DNA from: Thermodesulfobacteriota bacterium
GTDB taxonomy: Bacteria; Desulfobacterota_D; UBA1144; Nemesobacterales; N074bin48
Direction of reading: 5' to 3'
DNA: 13,290 nt
NCBI GenBank assembly: GCA_041572575.1
Contig: JBFFSH010000072.1
Coordinates: 1-13,290, forward strand
Positions within the stretch are counted from its first letter, which is position 1; each line of letters opens with the position of its first letter. A program made the translations under genes and the position numbers. Under the pieces are notes generated by a model, which had not been told where the DNA came from, ran no database searches, and saw only the letters and a list, made by a program, of their open reading frames with translations. This document shows, piece after piece, positions 7,201-13,290 of this stretch.

Positions 7201-9079
7201 AATTGTTACTCCTGAAGGCGGCTTTAATAAGAAAAATGCAATACGTCTATTCGGAGCAATCCTGCGTATTCATGGTTTTACCATCTATAAGAAGGGAATA
7301 CTTAACGTAATTACTGAGTCAAGGGATATTAAACAAAAGGATATAGAGGTTATAGAAGGAAGATTGGTTACGGATCCTACTGATAGTTTTGTAACGCAAA
7401 TTATACCTTTAAAAAATATTTCAGCTCAGGATGTTGCTAATACCTTAAAGCCACTAGTTTCAAGAGAAGGAGATATAGTTGTTCATGCACCACTAAATAC
7501 ACTTATAATTGTGGAAACTGAATCAAATCTGGAAAGACTTATAAATATTCTAAACAATATTGATAAGGAAAAAGATATTATATTTGTAAAAATCTATAAC
7601 TCTGAGGCCTCCGATATAGCTGCAATGCTAACTGAGATTTTTGGTGGACAGAGCGCTTCACCAATTTCTACAACAGATGATGACAGAGGTGATAGAAGAA
7701 GGTCTACAAGCAGAAGAGCAAGGGCAGCAAGGGCTGCGGCTGGTGGGCAGACCGAGATTGCTGGCTTTAAAATAATCACAGATGAAAGAACAAATTCACT
7801 TATAGTTATTGCCTACCCTGATGATATGCCTAAAATTAAGGCAGCAATTGAAAGGCTTGATGTAGAAGTTGATGAGCCAGAGCATGGAATATATGTGATA
7901 AGACTCAAAAACGGTGATTCGGAACAGATTGTGAATGTTCTAAATTCATTAATATCAGGCGCTGCAAATACATCAAGTAGAACATCCAGAGGGTTTGCCG
8001 CTACCAGGGAAAGCCAGCAGCAGCAGGATCAGGGAAGAGGAGTACAAAGAACTTCTGCTTCCGGAGCTATTGCTGAATTTAGTTTAGAAGACATAAGAAT
8101 AACATCCGATATTTCTACAAATTCAATAATCGTCGTAGGTTCAAGAAGGGAGTTTGATGCAATAAAGAGGGTAATTGATGAGCTTGATATACGAAGAAGG
8201 CAGGTATTTGTAGAAGCAGCAATACTCGAAGTCAGCCTTGATCAGCTAAAGTCACTTGGAACAAACCTTAGCATCGGTTTTACAATAAACGATGATAACC
8301 TGGGGTTTGGAGGTACTAACCTTCCTGGTGTTCCAAGTCTTTTAGGTGCTGCAGCTGACAGCGAGAATACAGTATCACTTGTTGGAAGTCTGTCTGGTAT
8401 GTTTTTAGGAGTCGTTGGAGAGGAAGTAGATCCTGATGGTTCTGGTCCAATTCCGCCAATACCATCATTTAGCGCACTTTTTCAGGCACTTACATCTGTA
8501 ACTGATGTAAATATTCTTTCTACTCCAAGCATTGTTACTACAGATAATGAAGAAGCAGAGATCGTGGTAGCTGATGTGATTCCGTTCCCCACTGGTAGTA
8601 CGGTTGGAGACAGTGGGGTTACAGTCCAGACTATCGACAGACAACCTGTGGGTATAAGGCTTGCAATCACTCCGCAAATAGGTGATGGAGACTTTTTGCA
8701 TCTTGAGCTTCAGACCGAGGTATCATCTGTAAGAGATGCACCGACTGATCTTAACACCGAAGATTTTGGTATCGCTACAACTACAAGAACTGCCAGCTCT
8801 TCGGTAGTTGTTAAAAACGGTCAGACCATTGTAATTGGCGGCTTGGTTCAGGACAGAGAGAGTAATTTGGAAAACAGAGTGCCCGGACTTGGAAGTCTTC
8901 CGATACTTGGAAACCTATTTAAATTTAAATCAAAATCAAGTAGCAAAATCAATTTAATGATCCTTCTAACCCCAAGAATTATAGAAGATGAAAGAGATAT
9001 GAAATTAATACTTGAAGATAGGCAAAAAAGGAATATGCTATTACAGCAAAGGGGTTTTGATACAGAAGGAGTTTATTGA
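4223..9079 (+). CDS. gspD: Type II secretion system secretin GspD with an N-terminal extension carrying six LysM domains
   Basis: Sec signal peptide (ELVAILILLTTLVATNLFA|Q; alternative ATG at 4235), six LysM motifs, then from about aa 958 (nt 7094): N0 (IDLRDFVRTISEITGESYILD), N1 (TQIIPLKNISAQDV), N2 (ITDERTNSLIV), N3 (ITSDISTNSIIV) and the secretin domain (RRQVFVEAAILEV; NILSTPSIVTTDNEEAEIVV; VKNGQTIVIGGLV; RVPGLGSLPILGNLFK; LMILLTPRII). Lies between gspC and gspE. Confidence 0.95.
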   Translation: MREKMNKELVAILILLTTLVATNLFAQHSIDENKSSKSVSYNYNKDIITHTVVKGDSMGGLAYRYKTTVDYIKQLNNITRDQVFLGEVLKVPFNTKNSKGKDAYISYTIQKGDSLSQIASKYKTDTKSIKIVNKLGRNQINVGQKLLIPYNRKFESSKAYDSKESIKTASKIDKKPAAIQVKGSKKKDYQKEIEDKYLSFLDKQERLKKEEQTKIKTASSTNKSVKETSKSNINSPKDNKNYADLEKSLKNDLVKSTKREKVKTAKITKSENRESINKGAYIDYVVKSGDSISILAQKHNTTAKTIRTLNNLERNQIDIGQTLKIPNIPASKYKTYRIESGDSLSYLADRHGITTKELMEINGLSSKQINIGQRIKLPLIEADVQEKPEIAAKEVKVAKTETIDKKSEKNVEKTEIKPLKTTGGGPFQIASNKEEIILGVNTAKVKQQTTEKVENKTDLSNEKTAKSDKLPNKTDKLDNSKNNDKPVLVKAQTSKTDKVIKPDTKIEKEVKKPETKPVIQVKKESIKTENTIKKVENEEKQSDIKPVIEAKKETKKDIIKPETTTQTKKEEVIKVAESDSNTKKSFKVEKTQTGQSNIITYTVESGDSVSVLADKYNTTSADIRKLNSLKDNNIKIGQKLKISKMPPSPYLRYKVQSGDSLSIVAEKHGLTTKQAMEINNLDSKQIKIGQILKFPKEIDSKNEHKTTLVAMVDSSKEAKSEKIISEPAKEVAVKKEIIEEKKEEIKQEVKEVKQKEVEKTEEKIEDIKIVKKEEPESQIIKKDEKTELIAKEEINEPVKVENEASIQNKLEPKTEIKENSKEVIAKVEEVEEENKIDEKPQATKAEIKNTAAQINPVDTSSSVVNEQVAPEEPKTEKLVYREGEQENYGDDVTLAQLLTIENSNIPEADKRYENLLDDQIMLAANNDGQRYDRFAQNTPETKPTVPVVRRAPEVEATVNIPDEIDLRDFVRTISEITGESYILDDKLKSQKVTIVTPEGGFNKKNAIRLFGAILRIHGFTIYKKGILNVITESRDIKQKDIEVIEGRLVTDPTDSFVTQIIPLKNISAQDVANTLKPLVSREGDIVVHAPLNTLIIVETESNLERLINILNNIDKEKDIIFVKIYNSEASDIAAMLTEIFGGQSASPISTTDDDRGDRRRSTSRRARAARAAAGGQTEIAGFKIITDERTNSLIVIAYPDDMPKIKAAIERLDVEVDEPEHGIYVIRLKNGDSEQIVNVLNSLISGAANTSSRTSRGFAATRESQQQQDQGRGVQRTSASGAIAEFSLEDIRITSDISTNSIIVVGSRREFDAIKRVIDELDIRRRQVFVEAAILEVSLDQLKSLGTNLSIGFTINDDNLGFGGTNLPGVPSLLGAAADSENTVSLVGSLSGMFLGVVGEEVDPDGSGPIPPIPSFSALFQALTSVTDVNILSTPSIVTTDNEEAEIVVADVIPFPTGSTVGDSGVTVQTIDRQPVGIRLAITPQIGDGDFLHLELQTEVSSVRDAPTDLNTEDFGIATTTRTASSSVVVKNGQTIVIGGLVQDRESNLENRVPGLGSLPILGNLFKFKSKSSSKINLMILLTPRIIEDERDMKLILEDRQKRNMLLQQRGFDTEGVY
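4370..4669 (+). repeat. LysM domain pair 1 within gspD (aa ~50-92 and ~107-149)
   Basis: HTVVKGDSMGGLAYRYKTTVDYIKQLNNI...FLGEVLKVP and YTIQKGDSLSQIASKYKT...IKIVNKL...INVGQKLLIP match the LysM consensus YxVxxGDSLxxIAxxY...N.L....I.xGQxLxIP. Confidence 0.92.
5072..5356 (+). repeat. LysM domain pair 2 within gspD (aa ~284-326 and ~336-378)
   Basis: YVVKSGDSISILAQKHNTT...LNNL...IDIGQTLKIP and YRIESGDSLSYLADRHGIT...INGL...INIGQRIKLP. Confidence 0.92.
6023..6307 (+). repeat. LysM domain pair 3 within gspD (aa ~601-643 and ~653-695)
   Basis: YTVESGDSVSVLADKYNTT...LNSL...IKIGQKLKIS and YKVQSGDSLSIVAEKHGLT...INNL...IKIGQILKFP. Confidence 0.92.
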
Positions 9080-9083
9080 TTGA

Positions 9084-10760
9084 ATGAGGTCTCTGCAAGA
9101 AATACTGGTAGACAGAAATCCTGAGCTAGGATCAAGAATAAAAGATATATTAACAGCAAGTGAAGACAGTGCAGAAGAAGCCATAATAAGGTCTAATGTC
9201 CTGAATGACAAACAGATCATGGAGGCGTTTTCAGAGTACTATGAGCTTCCATTCAGAGTTAATATTTTTGAAAAAGAAATTGATCCGGAACTTGCTCAGC
9301 TTATACCCATAGCATTTGCCAAGAAAAACAGGATTATCCCTCTAAATAAAGATAATAATAAGGTTTATGTAGCGGTTTCACCCCCTATCGATCTATACTC
9401 TCTTGACGAGGTGAAATCTCTATTTAACTGTGAGGTTGAACCTTTTCTTTCACCTTCTCATGTAGTGCTTGATTGTATAAATAAAGTATACGAAAGGGAC
9501 AGAGAAGTTACAGAGAATATTGAGGGAGATGTAACCGGTATTAGTGAAGCAGACTTTCAGGAGCCAAAAGACCTGTTGGAAGCTGAAGATGAAGCTCCTA
9601 TAATTAGGTTTGTAAACTCGCTTTTATTTCAGGCAGTAAAAGAGAAGGCTAGTGATATTCACGTAGAGTGTTTTGAAAAAGATGTAATGATCCGTTTTAG
9701 AAAAGACGGGATGCTTCATAAAATTACCGAGATACCCAAAAAACTACAGTCCTCAGTAATATCCAGACTCAAGATCATGGCAGAGCTCGATATTGCCGAA
9801 AGAAGAAAGCCACAGGACGGCAGGATTAGAGTAAAGGTAGCTGGAAGGGATGTTGATGTAAGAATTTCAACAGTGCCTACATCCTGGGGTGAGAGCGTTG
9901 TAATGAGGCTTCTCGACCGCTCATCTGTGCTCCTTAGTCTTGAAGACCTGGGGGTAACCGGCCAGAAGCTTACAGATATAAATAATTTTATAAAAAGACC
10001 TCACGGGATTATTCTTGTTACAGGGCCTACGGGAAGTGGTAAGACAACCACTCTTTATGCCTCACTTGTAAGAATAAATTCCCCTGATAAAAAAATTATT
10101 ACAATTGAAGATCCTGTAGAGTATCAACTTCAGGGAGTAAACCAAATTCAGGTAAACACCAAAGTTAACCTTAGTTTTGCAAACGGACTGAGATCGATAT
10201 TAAGGCAAGACCCGGATGTGATACTGGTGGGTGAGATAAGAGACAGAGAAACTGCAGATATTGCTATTCATGCTTCTCTTACCGGTCATTTGGTTTTTTC
10301 CACCCTGCATACAAATGATTCGGCAAGTGCAATTACAAGGCTCATTGATATGGGTATCGAGCCGTTTTTGGTATCATCATCTCTAATGGCTGTGGTAGCT
10401 CAGAGGCTAGTAAGGCATTTATGCAACCACTGCAAGGAAGAATATACACCAACAGATGAAGAGCTTATGAAAATTGGTATACCAAGAGCATCGGTACTTA
10501 ATGATGTATTATTTAGATCAACCGGCTGTGAACAATGTCTGGATACCGGTTTTGCAGGTAGAAGTGGAATATTTGAGATATTAAAAATGGATGACGAAAT
10601 ACGAAATCTTACTTTACAAAGCACAGATTCCAGTACAATTAAGAAAAAATCAGTCGAGAGGGGACTTATAACACTCAGGGGAGACGGTATAGCTAAAATA
10701 CTGATGGGGCAAACATCTATAGACGAAGTATTAAGGGTTACCGAACAGGACGAAGTTTAA
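9084..10760 (+). CDS. gspE: Type II secretion system ATPase GspE
   Basis: APIIRFVNSLL, ASDIHVE, LDIAERRKPQDGR, Walker A GPTGSGKTTTLY, Asp box TIEDPVE, Walker B LRQDPDVILVGEIRD, His box TGHLVFSTLHTN, tetra-Cys CNHC...CEQC. Confidence 0.96.
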   Translation: MRSLQEILVDRNPELGSRIKDILTASEDSAEEAIIRSNVLNDKQIMEAFSEYYELPFRVNIFEKEIDPELAQLIPIAFAKKNRIIPLNKDNNKVYVAVSPPIDLYSLDEVKSLFNCEVEPFLSPSHVVLDCINKVYERDREVTENIEGDVTGISEADFQEPKDLLEAEDEAPIIRFVNSLLFQAVKEKASDIHVECFEKDVMIRFRKDGMLHKITEIPKKLQSSVISRLKIMAELDIAERRKPQDGRIRVKVAGRDVDVRISTVPTSWGESVVMRLLDRSSVLLSLEDLGVTGQKLTDINNFIKRPHGIILVTGPTGSGKTTTLYASLVRINSPDKKIITIEDPVEYQLQGVNQIQVNTKVNLSFANGLRSILRQDPDVILVGEIRDRETADIAIHASLTGHLVFSTLHTNDSASAITRLIDMGIEPFLVSSSLMAVVAQRLVRHLCNHCKEEYTPTDEELMKIGIPRASVLNDVLFRSTGCEQCLDTGFAGRSGIFEILKMDDEIRNLTLQSTDSSTIKKKSVERGLITLRGDGIAKILMGQTSIDEVLRVTEQDEV

Positions 10761-10801
10761 ACTTTCTTTTTTTAGATATTCCATTAACATTCTTAACTTA
10801 T

Positions 10802-12013
10802 ATGCCAGTATTTAAGTATAAAGCTATTAATAATCAGGGAAATACGGTAGACGGCACAATAGATGCTGAATCTATAAAGACTGCTTCTGATAAGCTTAAA
10901 AAAGACGGATTTTTCCCTTCTTCAATTGATGAAGTTCAAAAAGGCGGCGAGCGAAACAGATTATCGCTTTTTAAGGGTGTGAGTACATCTGAGCTTGCAA
11001 TTTCAACAAGGCAGTTTTCCACACTCATTTCTGCGGGGCTGCCTTTAGAGGCTTCACTAACCACACTATCGGAACAAACCGAGGATAAAAACTTAAGCCA
11101 GGTTCTCTCTCAGGTACGAGATAAAGTAAGTGAAGGCGGCTCTCTTGCTAATTCACTCAAGGATCATAAAAACGTTTTTTCTGATATTTATACAAGTATT
11201 GTAAGGGCAGGTGAGGCAAGCGGAAATCTTGATGTGGTACTTCTTAGGCTTGCTGATTTTTTGGAAAAGCAGGCTGCACTAAGATCAAAGGTAAGAGGCG
11301 CGTTTGTTTACCCGATTTTCATGTTCGTTATCGGAAGCGGAGTACTGGTTTTTATGATGACATTTGTGATTCCAAGAATTACTAAAATTTTTGAGGAAAG
11401 TAAGAAAGCACTTCCTTTTATGACTGTTTTATTAATCAACACAAGTAATTTTATAGTACAGTACTATTATCTGATTTTTATATTTTTTATTGGAATTGCT
11501 TATATATTATATAGATATGTTCAGACGGATAAAGGTAAAGCGCAAAAAGACAAGCTGTCCTTGAAAATCCCGATATTTGGAAAGATAAACAGGATGGTTA
11601 TACTAGCAAGGGTTACAAGGACTTTGGGAACTTTACTATCAAGTGGCATACCACTACTCGATGCCCTGAGAATAGGGGGTGAAGTATCGGGCAATCAGGT
11701 ATATATTGATTCTCTCAATAGTGTGAGTGAAAATGTAAAAGAGGGTACCAGTCTTGCAAGGCCTCTTGAGCAGAGCGGAGTATTTCCACCAATGATGACC
11801 AGGATGATCGCAGTAGGAGAACAGACAGGCGAACTAGAGGAAATGCTTGATAAGGTAGCAGATAGCTATGATCAGCAGGTTGAGACTACACTCTCAGCAC
11901 TTACGTCTCTTCTTGAACCGATTATGATTGTAGTCATGGGTGGTATAGTAGGGTTTATTGTTATGGCTATTTTATTGCCAATTTTTGATATTACATCAAC
12001 TATATCTAATTAA
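10802..12013 (+). CDS. gspF: Type II secretion system inner membrane platform protein GspF
   Basis: MPVFKYKA start, TRQFSTLISAGLPL, AGEASGNLD, YP-led TM segment, LGTLLSSGIPLL, VGEQTGELEEML, LLEPIMIVVMGGIVGFIVMAILLPIF. Confidence 0.96.
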   Translation: MPVFKYKAINNQGNTVDGTIDAESIKTASDKLKKDGFFPSSIDEVQKGGERNRLSLFKGVSTSELAISTRQFSTLISAGLPLEASLTTLSEQTEDKNLSQVLSQVRDKVSEGGSLANSLKDHKNVFSDIYTSIVRAGEASGNLDVVLLRLADFLEKQAALRSKVRGAFVYPIFMFVIGSGVLVFMMTFVIPRITKIFEESKKALPFMTVLLINTSNFIVQYYYLIFIFFIGIAYILYRYVQTDKGKAQKDKLSLKIPIFGKINRMVILARVTRTLGTLLSSGIPLLDALRIGGEVSGNQVYIDSLNSVSENVKEGTSLARPLEQSGVFPPMMTRMIAVGEQTGELEEMLDKVADSYDQQVETTLSALTSLLEPIMIVVMGGIVGFIVMAILLPIFDITSTISN

Positions 12014-12031
12014 TTTAGGGGGTATAAATAA

Positions 12032-12448
12032 ATGAATTCATCATCAGGTTTTACGTTAATTGAAATATTGGTAGTGGTTATCATTATAGGCACTATTGCT
12101 TCGATTGTCGGAGTTAATATTGTGCAAAAATTAGAAGAAGCAAAAATAGATACGACTAAAATTCAAATCACTAACCTGGAATCCGGACTAAAACTATTTA
12201 AAATAAAAAACGGATTTTATCCTGAAACTGATCAAGGCTTGGAAGCTTTGGTATCTGCACCCTCTGTTGGTAGAGAGGTTAAACATTCAACCGGTTTTAT
12301 CGATGGAGATAAAATACCCCTTGATGGTTGGGGAAGTGAATTTGAGTATATAGGTCCCGATCAAACTGGAGACAAGAGTTACGAAATAATCTCACCCGGG
12401 CCAGATGCGCAACTTCAAACCGAGGATGACATATCCAGTAAAGACTAA
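12032..12448 (+). CDS. gspG: Type II secretion system major pseudopilin GspG
   Basis: Prepilin cleavage site G|FTLIE and hydrophobic helix; GFYPETDQGLEALV, PLDGWG, and a C-terminal acidic loop (SPGPDAQLQTEDDI) like the Ca-binding loop of GspG. SD-like AGGGGG upstream. Confidence 0.93.
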   Translation: MNSSSGFTLIEILVVVIIIGTIASIVGVNIVQKLEEAKIDTTKIQITNLESGLKLFKIKNGFYPETDQGLEALVSAPSVGREVKHSTGFIDGDKIPLDGWGSEFEYIGPDQTGDKSYEIISPGPDAQLQTEDDISSKD

Positions 12449-12450
12449 CA

Positions 12451-12960
12451 ATGAGAGATGAAAAAGGCTTTACTATTATTGAAATAATAATAGTTGTAGT
12501 TATTTTGAGCAGTTTTCTTCTGGTAGCAGTACCAAGGTTAGATAATTTTACTGAAGGTAACCTTAAAAGCGGCTCAAGAAATCTGAGTACGACTATAAGG
12601 TATTTGTATAGCGAAGCTGCATTTAAAAAAAAGATTCATAAGCTTGCATTTGATATTGATGAGGGTGAATATTGGGTAGAAGTCTTAGAGGTAGATGAAT
12701 ATGAGGTATCAACCGACCCATTTCTTAAAAAGAGGAAACTTCCTAATAATGTTTCATTTAAAGATATTGTTACACTAAGAAGCCTTGGGATTTCTACCGA
12801 GGGCAAGGATGAATTTATACTATTTCTACCCTCAGGATTTGTAGAACCTGTAGTGATTCATCTGGAAAGTAATTCAGGGGATGTTTATACTCTAGCTACA
12901 AAACCTTATACAGGTGCAACTGCTGTGTTTGATGAATACAAAGAAATTCTTATTCAATAA
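12451..12960 (+). CDS. gspH: Minor pseudopilin, GspH-like
   Basis: Prepilin motif [15 protein letters not shown]...AVPRL, LYSEAAF helix and ILFLPSG motif typical of GspH/FimT; located directly after gspG. Confidence 0.8.
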   Translation: MRDEKGFTIIEIIIVVVILSSFLLVAVPRLDNFTEGNLKSGSRNLSTTIRYLYSEAAFKKKIHKLAFDIDEGEYWVEVLEVDEYEVSTDPFLKKRKLPNNVSFKDIVTLRSLGISTEGKDEFILFLPSGFVEPVVIHLESNSGDVYTLATKPYTGATAVFDEYKEILIQ

Positions 12961-12964
12961 AATA

Positions 12965-13290
12965 ATGACAGTAAAAAAAAAGTATATTAAACCTAATTGT
13001 AATAGGCAATCTGGATTTACTCTTCTCGAAGTTCTTGTAGCAGTTGTTATTCTTGGCTCTTCACTTGCTGTTCTACTGGGTACTGTGAACAGGAATCTGG
13101 TATTAACATCTGATTCAAAAAGTCTCTCTATCGCAAGAATGCTTGCACAGGATAAAATTTCAGAAGTAGAGCTTGAGGGTTATCCTGAAAACAAGAACGA
13201 GGAGGGTGAGTTTGAGGATTTTCCGGATTTTAAATGGTATTTATCTGTTGCACCATTAGAAATTGCATCACTTGAAACAGATATTAAGAT
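12965..13290 (+). CDS. gspI: Minor pseudopilin, GspI-like; 3' end runs off the window
   Basis: Manual translation from ATG at 12965: [38 protein letters not shown]...[19 protein letters not shown]...[13 protein letters not shown]..., open to the window end. Follows gspH. Confidence 0.8.
   Translation, partial: MTVKKKYIKPNCNRQSGFTLLEVLVAVVILGSSLAVLLGTVNRNLVLTSDSKSLSIARMLAQDKISEVELEGYPENKNEEGEFEDFPDFKWYLSVAPLEIASLETDIK

Noticed and set aside
3362..10624. Many minus-strand ORFs rich in Ser/Phe/Leu/Ile (e.g. 6022-6534, 6635-7030) that look like membrane proteins
   Set aside because: Their hydrophobicity is the expected reverse complement of A-rich Lys/Glu codons in gspC, gspD and gspE.
12973..12981. 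A9 tract in the gspI leader as a phase-variation site
   Set aside because: The frame is intact and A-runs are frequent throughout this AT-rich window.
3159..13290. Alternative reading as a type IV pilus or competence locus
   Set aside because: The PDZ-bearing GspC, N0-N1-N2-N3 secretin, GspG-specific motifs and C-D-E-F-G-H-I order indicate T2SS; no pilT or pilMNOP is seen in the window.

Overview
Gram-negative chromosomal window with two divergent blocks around an AT-rich intergenic region (2911-3158). Minus strand: a nucleoside 2-deoxyribosyltransferase-family gene, biotin synthase bioB and DAPA aminotransferase bioA (runs off the left edge). Plus strand: a type II secretion system cluster, gspC-D-E-F-G-H-I (gspI runs off the right edge). 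The standout is the secretin GspD. It is 1618 aa because a ~930 aa N-terminal extension, with six LysM domains in three tandem pairs and long Lys/Glu-rich linkers, is fused in frame to a complete N0-N1-N2-N3-secretin core. This suggests a secretin that tethers itself to peptidoglycan. Secondary oddities: bioB seems to start at a non-canonical ATC behind a hairpin-occluded GGGGGG Shine-Dalgarno, BioB has Met in place of the Arg [2Fe-2S] ligand, BioA carries Bacillus BioK-like residues, and gspD appears to have its own promoter. All calls come from reading motifs by eye; no searches were run.
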